Source: Harriotta raleighana (Eukaryota). Taken from it: 64,000 nucleotides of DNA. The stretch spans positions 1,496,429 through 1,560,428 of the forward strand of contig JBNZDD010013718.1 of the NCBI GenBank assembly GCA_050575255.1, in the 5' to 3' direction. Both the position numbers and the translations under genes were made by a program. Position 1 is the stretch's first letter. The number at the start of each line of letters is the position of its first letter. Shown one piece after another: positions 25,266 to 36,573 of the stretch. The notes under the pieces are model-generated. The model saw only the letters and a list, made by a program, of their open reading frames with translations, was not told the DNA's origin and did no database searches.

Positions 25266-26963
25266 AAGCGCTCTGATATGCCATCTGGTGTGGAGGACGC
25301 TAAATAAATCCAAGTTGTTGTTGTTACAGATGTGTATAGGATGTAATTTGTAACTTTGACCGTATCTACAATGGACAGCGTATGAGAGTACTTTTGAGGC
25401 ACCAGTGTGTAAAGATTTGGGAACCTTACCTTCAAAAGGAAATTAAGATGGAATGGATTCTGAAAACATCAATAAGGATGATTCTAAAAGACTTTGATGA
25501 AGCAATCTATTGTAATAGCACCATTGAGCTACATTTTTCAGCACCAATAAAGTTGGCTAAAATAAATAAGAGCTCTACTTCATGTGAACAATCAAATTCT
25601 CCCCAAAATTAAGGAAACACTCTAACCCCAGTCATAATATTTAATATTCAAGTTCACGCCATACTAGTGCAACATAACCCATCTATGAAGGAATGGGGGT
25701 AGAGGTAAAGCAAAAAAACAAGGAAAGATCATTTCTGCAGAAATTTGGACCCTTCCAGACAGTCACAGAATGGATTGCAGCCAGGCTGCTTTAGGTTCCT
25801 GGCTGCAACAGGAAGTCTGCTGGCATCAGCAACAATTGTAGCATTGATAACAGGTTCTGACAGCCAAATATGTCTAAAAATTTGAAATGTGATCCAAATT
25901 CTCTGGAGTATATTATATTGCACAATGTTGAAATATAATTTCATGTTATAAGTTGTTTATATAGAACCGCACTATGAAATATTCAAAAATATAGATTTTG
26001 TTCATTTTCAATTGGTGAAATATTTGTATGCCAACCATAAACATGTCAATTTCATCCTCTTTTTAAGAAAAACATGGTTCTAACTGAGAAATACCCACTG
26101 TCTGATGGATTTCCAAAATATTTTTTAAAAGTGCTATTTTAAATGCAAGGTTATTATTATAAATAAGGATTAACATATTTAAGTAAGTATTGCCATATAT
26201 TGGCTCAATAATCTCACACTTATTCCTGTTTTAAAAGCTGTTTAGCTGAATCTTGAAAGCCAAAAATTCAAAGGAACTATATTTATGAGTACCTTAACGA
26301 CAAAGTCACATTGTTATTTTAAATAAGAGGAGCAAGGCACACTTCACCTTAACAGGAAACTCAGGTAAGCCATCAGACTAATATTTCTTTAAAAATCCTT
26401 TCAAAAATAAATGACAAACATAAAACTGAACAACACAGTCAAAGGGGATAAAAATTCCCAATGGAACATGACATTCTTAAGATTAAATGGAAATAACATC
26501 TGGACTGAAACAGATCCTAGATAAACAACTAACATCAATGCTTGAATATACTGCAGCTTTCCCTTCATTATTTAATAAATCAGGTCCAAATTTCACAGCT
26601 ATATTTGCCTTGCCAGAAATTTGACTTATGGTTATTTACTTGCTTGGGGGTGGGGGGGGAGAGAGAAAAGGGGTTAAGTCAAAAGGATAGTCGATGAGAC
26701 TATAAGGATATTCAACATGACCAATAAATCATTTTCTCAATCCATGCTCACTGAGGCTAGCATAATGGTCACATTTATTCAATCAGATGTAAAATAAAAG
26801 GTGAATACTACACCACATGGATCTGTAGTAAAACAGCCAGTCATCACTAATTTATCTGGATTCTTAAGGGACTACATAAGGCCTATACTGTGAGCCTTCG
26901 AAATGGATTTAACCTAATTCTTCTGTAACAAACCAAAGGGTATTTTACCCATCTAAAGCATTG

Positions 26964-27206
26964 TGGAGTCCAGCCAGGTTGAAACCTTGGGCAAGTTTCC
27001 TTTTTCCACATTCCTAATAATAATACCTAAAACAAAATTGGTCACTTCAATCCATTACTGTTTGTGGAACACTGCTGTGCGCAATTGGCTGTTGTGTTTC
27101 GCCTACAAATATGGTCAATTCACTTTACAGTATATTCTGTGAAGCTCTTCGAGACATCTAGAAGACGTGAAAAGCGCGATATCAAATGCAAGGATTATCA
27201 TTATTA
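26964..27206 (+). mobile_element. Same SINE family, head mostly deleted
   Basis: tggagtcc...gaaaccttgggcaagtttcc...aagacgtgaaaagcgcgatatcaaatgcaaggattatcatt. Confidence 0.88.
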
Positions 27207-27576
27207 TACACATACACATTTAACAAGTCATATCAATTATGTCAGGTAAATACAGAGAGCACATATACTAGAGTAAAGTTACCCTAAAGTTTCAGATAAG
27301 CACTTTTTAGAATATCCATGACAATAGACTTTTAAAAATCTTTCAAAACTCATTCTGGGATATAGTTCCACAGTAACTTGCCCAAGAGACTGTAGGTATT
27401 CTGTATGTGTGAGGTTAGGCAGCTAGTGCTCGTAGTCCATTATTTTCAATTGCAAAATAAAAGCATTGCAGAGAGGCGGGTTCATATTAATTCCAAATTT
27501 AAAAAGCACCATTGGGAGAACTATTGTAATGCAAGGTTTTTTTCTTCATTTTAGTATTGGAAAAAAAAGATCTTAC

Positions 27577-27634
27577 CCAAGTACTCCATTAACTGTTCTG
27601 CTGTTATAATTTCCATCATAGGTGGTAGCTTAAT
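27577..27634 (-). CDS. MINDY2: MINDY2 exon 2 (not in ORF track)
   Basis: Hand-translated: tttgttttag|IKLPPMMEIITAEQLMEYL G|gtaaga. 58 nt, phase 0/1. Confidence 0.95.
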
Positions 27635-27822
27635 CTAAAACAAATAAAAAAAAAGTGTATTTAAAATTCACAACGGATCATTTTTGTGTGTTTAGCAAAA
27701 AAAAATTCCCCAGAAGAAATAAACCGGAGGGGGGGGCGGGGGAGAGAGAGAGAGAATTATGCATATATATATATATATTAAAAAAACTACTTCCCATGTT
27801 GTGAAACTTTTAATATATCTAC

Positions 27823-28530
27823 CTTCCATGCCAAAAGAAGGACGTTCATAATTGCGAGCAAGGGGCACGGTCCATTTTCATTCTGTGTAATGATCGGTGT
27901 GTTCTCCGTTTTCCACTTGATCCACTTGATGTGATAAACCGACTGGCCGGGGAACCTCTCCTTCGAGCTGGACGGTTTAGCTGGGCCAGTTCTGTCGCCG
28001 CAGTCTTCGCTTTGCAAAACCGCGGCCAGAGCCCTGTCGTCGGGCCCCTCGCTGGTCAGGTCAGAGCTGGGACACGAGTTCAGATTGGAAAAGGACTCGA
28101 GCGAGTCGATGCTTTGCGATTCGCCGGGCAGGCTCTGGTCGCTGATACTCGGATCCTGGTCGCACTTGGGCGCTTGGATCCAACCAGCCCCGTCCGTGAG
28201 CGACCGCAGCTGAGGGTCGAGAACGACCGACCCCGCCACCGGGCTGAGCCCGTCATCCATCGCGCTCTCCCCGTCAGCGAGTCCTCCACCGGGCGAGCGC
28301 TCGGCATCCCGGGCGCAGAGTTCCGAGGCCCCTCTCTCGGGGATGCACGAGTCGCTTTTCAACTGCCGACAGTCCACGTCTCCTCGCCTCGGCCGATCGC
28401 CGCCACCATCGCCGCTGTCGTCGTTGTTGGTCTTGTTGACGATGATGATGTCGTCGTCGCTTCGAACCGTCCCGGCTCCGGGTGTTTCCAAGGCCGCGCC
28501 GCCCCGCTCCACGTTTTCATTCTTTTCCAT
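27823..28530 (-). CDS. MINDY2: MINDY2 (FAM63B, K48-specific deubiquitinase) exon 1 coding part, with catalytic Cys
   Basis: 236 codons from ATG 28530 to AAG|gtagat. A disordered N-terminus with SLESFSNLNSCPSS precedes ERFPGQSVYHIKWIKWKTENTPIITQNENGPCPLLAIMNVLLLAWK (MINDY QNENGPC motif). Confidence 0.95.
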
Positions 28531-28653
28531 GTGTGAGGGAGGTGGGTGAAGGGGGGGGGAGGGAGGGAGGGAGGAAAGGGGAGGGGAAGGGGGAAGGAAA
28601 GGGACAGTGAGGGAGGGAAGAGGGAAAAGAGGGGGAGAAGCCAGGTGAGCTGT

Positions 28654-28695
28654 TTACATGGAAAAGGCTGCGAGCCGCTCGTAGGCAGCCGCCAT
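28654..28695 (-). promoter_or_regulatory. Candidate uORF in MINDY2 5' leader (MAAAYERLAAFSM*)
   Basis: GTC-ATG-G context at 28695 and 13 codons ending ATG TAA. Lies between the promoter boxes and the main ATG. Confidence 0.5.
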
Positions 28696-28794
28696 GACAC
28701 CGCCAGCGCCTTCCCGCCCACCCTCTCAGGACGCTACGCACGAACCGACGCACCACGCAGCTGCACGCACGCACGCACGACACGGTCCTGCCTG

Positions 28795-28825
28795 ATTGGG
28801 GCGGGTTCACGCCTAATCGGGCGGG
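28795..28825 (-). promoter_or_regulatory. MINDY2 proximal promoter: CCAAT box plus two GC boxes
   Basis: ATTGG (CCAAT on -) at 28795-28799 overlaps GGGGCGGG at 28798-28805. A second GGGCGGG lies at 28819-28825, ~270-290 nt upstream of the ATG. Confidence 0.6.
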
Positions 28826-28844
28826 TTTCTGTGTTGTGGGTTTA

Positions 28845-28870
28845 CACACACACACACATACACACACATA
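28845..28870. repeat. (CA)n microsatellite upstream of MINDY2
   Basis: acacacacacacacatacacacacataca. A second (CA)n lies at ~29285-29310. Confidence 0.9.
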
Positions 28871-29639
28871 CAAATGAAACGGCTTTGAGCGGGTTGCCTA
28901 ATTTTTCTTATTTTTATAAATATAAAAAATATATAAATTTAAAAAACTCGAACAAAAAGTCCCGTGTGTGTCCCCCTCCCCTCATTTACACGGTTTGCAA
29001 AATGCTAACATAATTTTGGGCTACTTTTAGGGGCTAGTGTTTGGGTGAGTTTGGGCTACAAACCCGCCATGGCCGCCTCCAGCATCACCTGGAAGGTGCA
29101 TACAAAAAAGTAAAGCTCGACTTGGTTTTCGGGACTATTAAATGATTGCAAGATGGGGGTGGGTTTGGGTATGAAGAATGCCACGCATCAAACGGAATGG
29201 TAAAGTGTTACTCACTACCCCATTTTTTCCCCGCAATGTTCCTTCTTTTTTATTCCAATAAATCTGCTTGGACCTTTATAAACATACACACAACACACAC
29301 ACACACACAGCAATAAAATGTTTACTGCAAAGGGCAACAACACACATACAATACATATATATTATATATACTAGTTTGATAGTAAACCGTATCTTTCAAG
29401 AAGAGACGCAGAAATCGTGCTCTCTTTTTTAAAAAATTTTTTTAATTAAAAAATAGAAATTGCGGTTTTGCTGCGATTTTTGCACATGGCTGGAGTGTGT
29501 TCCCTTCCTTAATCCTGGGAAGAAAACAAAAGGATTAAATGTTTGGCAGGAAATAATGCTCGCTGTTTGTAAGCATGGGCTTCGGGCTCACCCACCCCGA
29601 CTCACTTTCAAGGGACAATAATTATTCACAACTGCTGTT

Positions 29640-29985
29640 CTACAACTCGAAGGTGGATAATACATGGTCTGATACTTGAGGTTCCCTTCTTCGGGAATGC
29701 GATATTTTGCCATGTTGTGTCCAGGCAGGCCCGGCAATCCCTCAGGTAAAATTCATAGAATTATACAACACTGAAGAAGGCCATTCGGCCCATCGTATCT
29801 GTGTCGGCTCTTTGAAATGAGCTGTCCAAATCAATCCCGTTTGGTTCGGTCATTAGTCGTTATTTCATGGCTGTTTTCGTGGACATTGCTGTATGCACTG
29901 TTGGTTGCTTCCTTCGCCTGAAATACACAATCATTTCACTTCCGTAAAGCGCCTTGAGTGCCCTCCCAACTTGAAAGGTGCTATT
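29640..29985. mobile_element. Degraded DeuSINE-like remnant (+) interrupted by a CR1-type 3' end (-, ~29755-29830)
   Basis: Tail gtggacattgctgtatgcactgttggttgc...aaagcgccttgagtgcc...gaaaggtgctat. Internal catagaattatacaacactgaagaaggccattcggcccatcg resembles an inverted CR1-like 3' terminus. Confidence 0.5.
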
Positions 29986-32312
29986 ACCCCATGAATATGT
30001 CCTTTTTAAGTATCATTTTTAGTATGACATAACTTTTTCTTATCTCAAGCCAAAAATAATACACCAGCAAGAAATAGGGGTAATGGTAATACAGTACATA
30101 TAGATGATATATTCATTAACTTTAAAGTTACGATATTTTTACTGTGGGTGAAACATCTACCTTAGTTTATTTTCCATAAATGTCCGTTCCATGAAGCAAT
30201 TGGTAAGAATTTATGATTGCACTTTCCTAGATGATGATGAATAATTCTTGACAATGCTACTGCCCTGACAATGCAGGAGTTGGTATGCCTAATAACAAAC
30301 CTTAGGGAGGGAATTATTATGTTTGGTTCAAGAATGATATTGACAAGAGATCTGGAGGATGATTGCTTTGCAATCATCTTGGAGAATGGTGCTGTGAAAG
30401 GGAGGGCTGGGGAGAGAGCTGAAAAGAGTAAGGAAAAAGTACTGTATTGTCAGAGTTAATGTTTCTTCAATGCAATAAAATGTTTATTTTGTACTGTAAA
30501 CATTTCTGAAAAATATTTATCCAAGCATTTGAAAATTGCACCAACAAAAGTCAACATAAGATTGTTTGCACTGATTCCGTAATGAAACAAAAACATATCA
30601 CTTTAGGAAACACAGATTTTGAAGCCACTGAGCATATACACACTGGAGGAAAGTTTAAAAAAAAAGTCTAGGACCATTGCAGAAAACTCTTTGATAGATA
30701 CTGATGGGACTTTACAAAATATCACTGATCCTTAGTAACTTCCCATAACTGTGGGCTTCCTGTGCAGACATTTAATGTATGTTATTGTTAATCTGCTCTC
30801 CATCTAGCTCTAAATCTTAACCCTGGAATCCATCCAGAATATGGCAAATGACAGTCAGGAATTTCTTGTCTAGAGGATTCACAGTAAATTGTGTTACAGC
30901 ACCTGAAGCAAATTTTCACAGAATCTGCATTTTAAAAAATTGTTAACTAACTATTAGAAAATATATAGAGAGATTACTTATGTTCTTTGTTTTAACAAAA
31001 CCTTGAACTTTTTTTTACACACACAGGGTTGATTGACTGTGTCTCAGTGATTGCTAAAAGACCATCAACTCAACAAAATATTTGTCCAATAATGGCAAAT
31101 TCTACACATTCATGGTTTGTAATTTAGTGGAACATTAAGAAGGAAAAACAAAAACGATTTAAAGTGCAATATTTGATTCCTGCCCTGGAAACAATGTAAA
31201 GCACTTGTGACCAGTCCCTTGTGGCTAAAGTTGAGTACTAACATTGTTATTTTTATACAAAAGAAATTCTCAGCTAGTAATGCTTGCTCCACAATTGTTT
31301 TAACATTTCTTGCTATGGGGAAATCTTTCAAATATCATCAGAGATTTAAAGGGAACGTATTGTCTCACAAAAAAACACAAGATTCTTCAAAGGTGTCCCT
31401 AATCTGATATAGAGATTACAATGTGATAATAAACTCCAAGTGGAACATGTTAGACACAAATTACACTACAAAAGTCACTACAGTAAACTACAGTCACTAC
31501 AGTTACAGTAAATCCTGGGAAGCACTTTGAGCTGTTTTGACAAATGTGACAAGGCAACAACAACAAAATTACATTTGTATAGTGCCTTTCATGTTGGGAG
31601 GTCGTCCCAAGGCACAAAGATCATTCTATCAAATGCGAGCGCTGTTATTATTATTGTAGAATTGGCAACCTAAGAATACCTTGAAATCACAAAAGAACTG
31701 TTTATTATTTGCAACTTTGTCCAAAGACAGCTTCTGCTCATATGTCCTGCAATGTGAAAGTTGCAGGGTTATTCAAAGAAGTTGATATGGTTGAAATTTG
31801 GAATCATTTCCATTTCTGCAACATTTTCTTACAAAAATATAACTTGTCTGTCTCCGTCAGCAGAATGCAATAAACATACAGTGTTCGTATGAGTAATGGT
31901 GGGTTACACCCAGTTCTTCACAAACACAAATGGCACATGGGTTAGACGACTCACATTTTGGGGTAATTGTGAGCCAGCTGATTCACTAGTCTTGTTACTT
32001 TCCGGAATATTTAATTTGTTCTGCTTTGTTTCCAATAAATAGTCATTTTCCACGATGTGATCAATTCAGACATGTTCCTTGTTGATTCTGCCCTTTTTCA
32101 GTCCCTTAACTTTGAAACAGAGCAGAAATCTTGAAAGTCTTAAGAGCAACAATTATGGGTCATTTTCACAACAGAAGGTCTGCTCAAAGTACTTCTCATA
32201 GTGGCAGTATCTACACTGAACTCTGGAACCAGAAATAAACCCGATTATCAACCAAATCTGAGGAACTCTTTAATGGAACTCTAATTGCATGGTAACACCA
32301 TCGATGAAAAAA

Positions 32313-32880
32313 AATCCTTGCACTTACATAAGGCCTTTTATGCCTGGAGAAGGTCTCAAATGGTTTCCCAGGACTTTTTAATGGTGAAACGCAGCAGCCA
32401 ATTGCGCACAGCAGTGTCCCATGAACAGTTGTGGATTGCAGTGACCAATTTTTTTTTGACAAACCATTTATTATCAGGCATGTGGAGTAAGGAAACTTGG
32501 GAGTCCTGGAGTTCACAGGTTAGCCCACTCGCCTTAGAAGCGACTGACCTGGGTTCGATTCCTGGCCGGATGAAATCTTGGGCAAGTTTCCTTACTCCGC
32601 GTGCCTGATAATAATCCTTCAAGAAAATAATAATAAATTGGTTATTCCAAGCCACAACTGTTTGCGGGACACTGCTGCGCATGTTTCGCCCACAAACATA
32701 CAGTCGATTCACTTTATAGTACATTCTGTCAAGCACTTTGAGACGTCTAGCAGAGGTGAAAAGCGCCATATGAAATGCAAGGATTATTACTATTATTATA
32801 TTGCCTAAAATAACAATAAGTCCTTGCCTTTGATACAGCGCCTTATCGCGTCTTCGAGATGTCTGAAAGCGTTTCACTGT
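32313..32880. mobile_element. Cluster of three SINE copies: (-)32313-32499, full (+)32500-32800, (-) tail 32810-32880
   Basis: A minus copy is cut at ggaaacttg and directly abutted by a ggagtcc head with B box GGTTCGATTCC. A third inverted tail follows. Confidence 0.85.
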
Positions 32881-32949
32881 GTGTGTGTGTAGAGTTTATG
32901 AGGATTGCTTTGGGTAGAGCAGCAGGAAGGCTTTCAGTGGAGTGGCAAA

Positions 32950-33370
32950 GGCAGAGAGAGATAGANNNNNNNNNNNNNNNNNNNNNNNNNNNNNNNNNNN
33001 NNNNNNNNNNNNNNNNNNNNNNNNNNNNNNNNNNNNNNNNNNNNNNNNNNNNNNNNNNNNNNNNNNNNNNNNNNNNNNNNNNNNNNNNNNNNNNNNNNNN
33101 NNNNNNNNNNNNNNNNNGAGAGATAGAGAGAGACATAGAGAGAGACAGACACAGAGAGAGGGAGGGAGAAAGAGAGAGACAGAGAGAGACACACACAGAC
33201 AGAGAGAGAGATTGTCAGACACAGAGAGAGATAGAGGGAGGGAGAAAGAGACAGAGAAAGAGAGACACAGAGGCCGACAAACAGAGAGAGAGAGAGAGAC
33301 AATCTCAGAGAGACTGACAAACGGAGAAAGAGAGAGACAGACACAGAGACTAGAAGAGACAAGAGACACA
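32950..33370. repeat. (GA)n/(GACA)n-rich simple repeat containing a 152-N gap (32966-33117)
   Basis: Read directly from the sequence. Confidence 0.9.
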
Positions 33371-33990
33371 GGAGGAGGTAGGGACGCTGCCCCTTTAAGC
33401 GAGGAGCCTTGCTGCGGAGGCGGATTGGAGGGAGGGAAGGAGTGAGAGAGAGAGAGAGGAAGGGGGAGGGTGTGTGTGTATGTGTGGGGGGAGGGAGGGA
33501 GGGAGGGGGAGAGCACAGCGTTGCGTTACCAGGAACAGATTAAGCGGCGGCAGTGACTGTGAAGAGGGGTGAAGACAGACGGACCAGACAGGAGAGACAN
33601 CCCCCCCCCCCCCCCCTCACTCCCCACCCCCACCCACTCCCCCCTCCCCCCAACCGTACAACCAGGAGCAGAGGGAAGAAAGGAAGAGAGAGAAATAAAC
33701 AGAAAGAAATAAACAGAGACAGAGGAGAGAGAGAGAGAGAGAGAGATTGTTGACCGGGCTGCAGTGATGGCGATGGCGGGCTCCAGGCCTCGGCCGGTCA
33801 CCGTGTTGCTGCTCCGAGCTCTGCTGCTGCTTCACTTGGCGTCGAGTATGAGAGGTAAGGCCGGCCCCGACCCCAGCCCCGACCCCAGCCTCGAACCCAC
33901 CCCCCCCCACACACAGCTCCCCCTCCCCAGCCAGGCCCCGGCCCACCAACCCCGAACCCCGGCCTCTCCCCCTCCTCGGTAATGTCCGCT
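33360..33990. promoter_or_regulatory. GC/CpG-rich ADAM10 promoter, 5' leader and exon 1 region
   Basis: CpG-rich patches and G/C tracts around exon 1. Confidence 0.65.
33767..33854 (+). CDS. ADAM10: ADAM10 exon 1 coding part (signal peptide)
   Basis: MAMAGSRPRPVTVLLLRALLLLHLASSMR-G|gtaagg: hydrophobic signal core resembling MVLLRVLILLLSWAAGMG. The phase-1 donor matches exon 2 and the context is CpG-rich. Confidence 0.85.
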
Positions 33991-34890
33991 TCCCCCCCTC
34001 TCTCTCTCTCTCTCTTTACACTCTCACTCTCTACATTCGGTCTCCCTCCCTCCCTCCATCTCCCTCCCTCCATTTACTCTCCCTCACTCACTCACTCCCT
34101 CACTCCCTCTCTCCCTTCCTTTACTCTCCCTTTACTCTATCCCTCCCTCCTTTTACTCTATTCCTCCCTCACTCCCTCTCTTTATTCCCTCACTCCCTCC
34201 CTTTACCCTCCCACTCCTTCCCTTTACTCTATCCCTCCCCCCATTCCCCCCTTTCCCTTTACTCTATCCCTCCCTCTCTTTATTCTCTCACTCCCTTCAT
34301 TTACTCTCTCCCTGCCTCACTCCCTCCATTTACTCTCCCTCACTCACTCCCTCCCTTTACTCTCTCCCTCACTCCCTCCCTTTACTCTCTCCCTCACTCC
34401 CTCCCTTTACTCCCTCACTCACTCCCTCCCTTTACTCTCTCCCTCACTTCCTCCCTTTACTCACTCCCTCCCTTTACTCTCTCTCTCCCTCACTCCCTCC
34501 CTTTATTCTCTCCCCCTCTCGTTACTTTCTTCCTCCCTTTACTCTCCCTCTCTTTACTCTCTCCTTCCCTTTTAGTTACACTCTCTCTCTCCTCCCTTTT
34601 AGTCTCACTGTACTCCCTTTACTGTCTATCTATCTGTCCCTTTATTCTNCCTCCCTTTACTCACTCCCTCCCTTTACTCTCTCTCTCCCTCACTCCCTCC
34701 CTTTATTCTCTCCCCCTCTCGTTACTTTCTTCCTCCCTTTACACTCCCTCTCTTTACTCTCTCCTTCCCTTTTAGTTACACTCTCTCTCTCCTCCCTTTT
34801 AGTCTCACTGTACTCCCTTTACTGTCTATCTATCTGTCCCTTTATTCTCTTCCTCTCTCCCCCTCTGCTCTGCTCTCTCTCATTCTCTCT
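33990..34890. repeat. Polypyrimidine minisatellite (CTCCCTCCCTTTACT-like units) at the start of ADAM10 intron 1
   Basis: ~900 bp of nearly G-free plus strand with recurring ctttactc/ctccctc units. Single N at 34649 with duplicated flanks. Confidence 0.9.
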
Positions 34891-35775
34891 CCCCACAGCC
34901 TCCCTGGGGGGGAGGCAGTAACTCTCCCCCGAGTCACTTGTTTTCATCCCATTCCATCATATACAGTATGTCTGTCTCCCTTTTGCCTCCACCTCCTTCT
35001 CTCTCTTCTCTCCCTCCTTCCCTCTATTCTCTCCCTCCTTCCTTCTCCTTCTTCTCCCTCCTTCCCTCTTCCCCCCCCTTCTTCTCTGACACCCAAGTAA
35101 GGGATCATTCATTATGAACAATCCTTTTAGTGTTATAATGATTATTATCTTGCCCTCCCCACCATAAACAGACACACCCACACACCAGTTAGTACAGTAT
35201 AGTAATGCTATCTCCCAGCTTCAGTATTATACACAATCAATTCAGTATTATACTACTGTACAGTATACTGTGTAGTACGTTATCCCTTGACTCCACTGGT
35301 ATGATAGCTTTTTGTACCATCAGAAAGCCCTTTTTGACCCCCCCCTATAGTATTTATCTCTTAATAGTATTATCCTTCATTTCTCCCCAACCCACACCAC
35401 CTCCGCATATTATATAAGAATATATTCTTCTAATAAAGCCTAAATATGAGTATTACTCCTCTCCTCCCTGTTCCATTGTATTTATAGAAGAGAAAAACTG
35501 GTTATATTCCACTGTGTTTATCACTGACTACACCCCAGTACTGTATTTAAATTCATTAACTCCTTGTCCCAGGATTTTTTTTGTGTGTTTCTTTCTTGCC
35601 CTCCCACCCCCACACACACACCCACCCGCAACCTTTTACAAAGGGGTTTGCATCTTCGGAATTGTCAGCCTTGTTTCATCCCTTGATGATACCAGGCTAA
35701 CCCAGACTCAATAGGCCTAGTTTGTTTCATTATCTTTTGTTCTGTGTGTTTTTTGTGTTTACAAATGAAAAAGCC

Positions 35776-35807
<32 letters not shown>

Positions 35808-36306
35808 CAATAATCATATGAAACCAGCTTCTTCATGATTTATTGCGGATATTTAAATTCTTTCATGCTTTTTAAACAAAAACAGAAACCATTAGGGCAG
35901 GAGCTTGATGGAAGACAGTTTCATCCGTGGCAATTTTTTTTTACATAACATACTGCATGATTGGATGAGCACATTTACAATTAAAGTGTACTATTGCTAC
36001 AAAATTCAGCTTGGTTGTTGCCTGCTTCTGAAGAGAAAGGCTCAGCACAACAGCGGACATTTAAAATTGCTCTGCCCAACAAACGGACTGTTAGAAGCCA
36101 AGCAAGAAGCAAAGCCAGTGACCCCAGGAAGGATTCAAGTTTTAATTCCTTGCTTTTTGTCCACACGCTTAAGTTGCGGTTCTGTGTTTAGTGTTACCAT
36201 TGTGGGACTGTGCATGTGACTGTTAAGCTTCCTGATCCCGTACAGTAACCCCTTGGTCAGAGTCTTGAATGTCAAGTCAGAGTTCGGTTTAGATGTGATG
36301 GACTCT

Positions 36307-36573
36307 ACAACAACAAAATTACATTTCTAGAGCGCCTATCACATCCCAAGGCGCTGAACGGTCAGGTCGGGATCCGAACAGGGGGAGGGGCAGGGTAGAG
36401 GGTTGGGAGACAGTGAGAAGAGCAGCAGACGGCACAGCCGAAGAGGAGGGGCTTGAGACAGGCCGTAAAGGAGGCGAGGGATGGAGTTCCAGACTGTGGG
36501 GACAGAGAGGCTGACAGCCCGACCGTCAATGGTAGGGCAGGTTGTGCGGGGGATGTGGAGCAGGCCGGAGCCA
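36307..36573 (-). mobile_element. L2-clade LINE 3' end (ORF2 C-terminus, 3' UTR, (TTG)n)
   Basis: Minus frames give SGLLHIPRTTCPTIDGRAVSLSVPTVWNS and SLASFTACLKPLLF, similar to L2 ORF2 GRAFS..APxxWNSLP..SFKxxLKTHLF. It ends in the same stem-loop tail as the short insertions. Confidence 0.8.

Larger units (their letters stand above)
27900..28830. promoter_or_regulatory. CpG island over MINDY2 exon 1 and promoter
   Basis: Visibly GC- and CpG-rich against an AT-rich, CpG-depleted background. Confidence 0.85.

Noticed and set aside
27931-28536. 201-aa plus-strand ORF antisense to MINDY2 exon 1
   Set aside because: Shadow ORF expected in a GC-rich, stop-poor CpG island. It starts at a non-ATG codon and has no recognisable domain.
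28890-29100. gggttgcc / ttgggctactttt motifs resembling a DNA-transposon subterminal region
   Set aside because: Could not identify paired TIRs or a TSD.
32843-34575. Several long ORFs (up to 206 aa) of ER/LS/LP repeats
   Set aside because: Translations of GA/CT simple repeats and an N gap.
34450-34848. ~200-bp direct repeat around N at 34649
   Set aside because: Same single-N overlap artefact, within low-complexity sequence.
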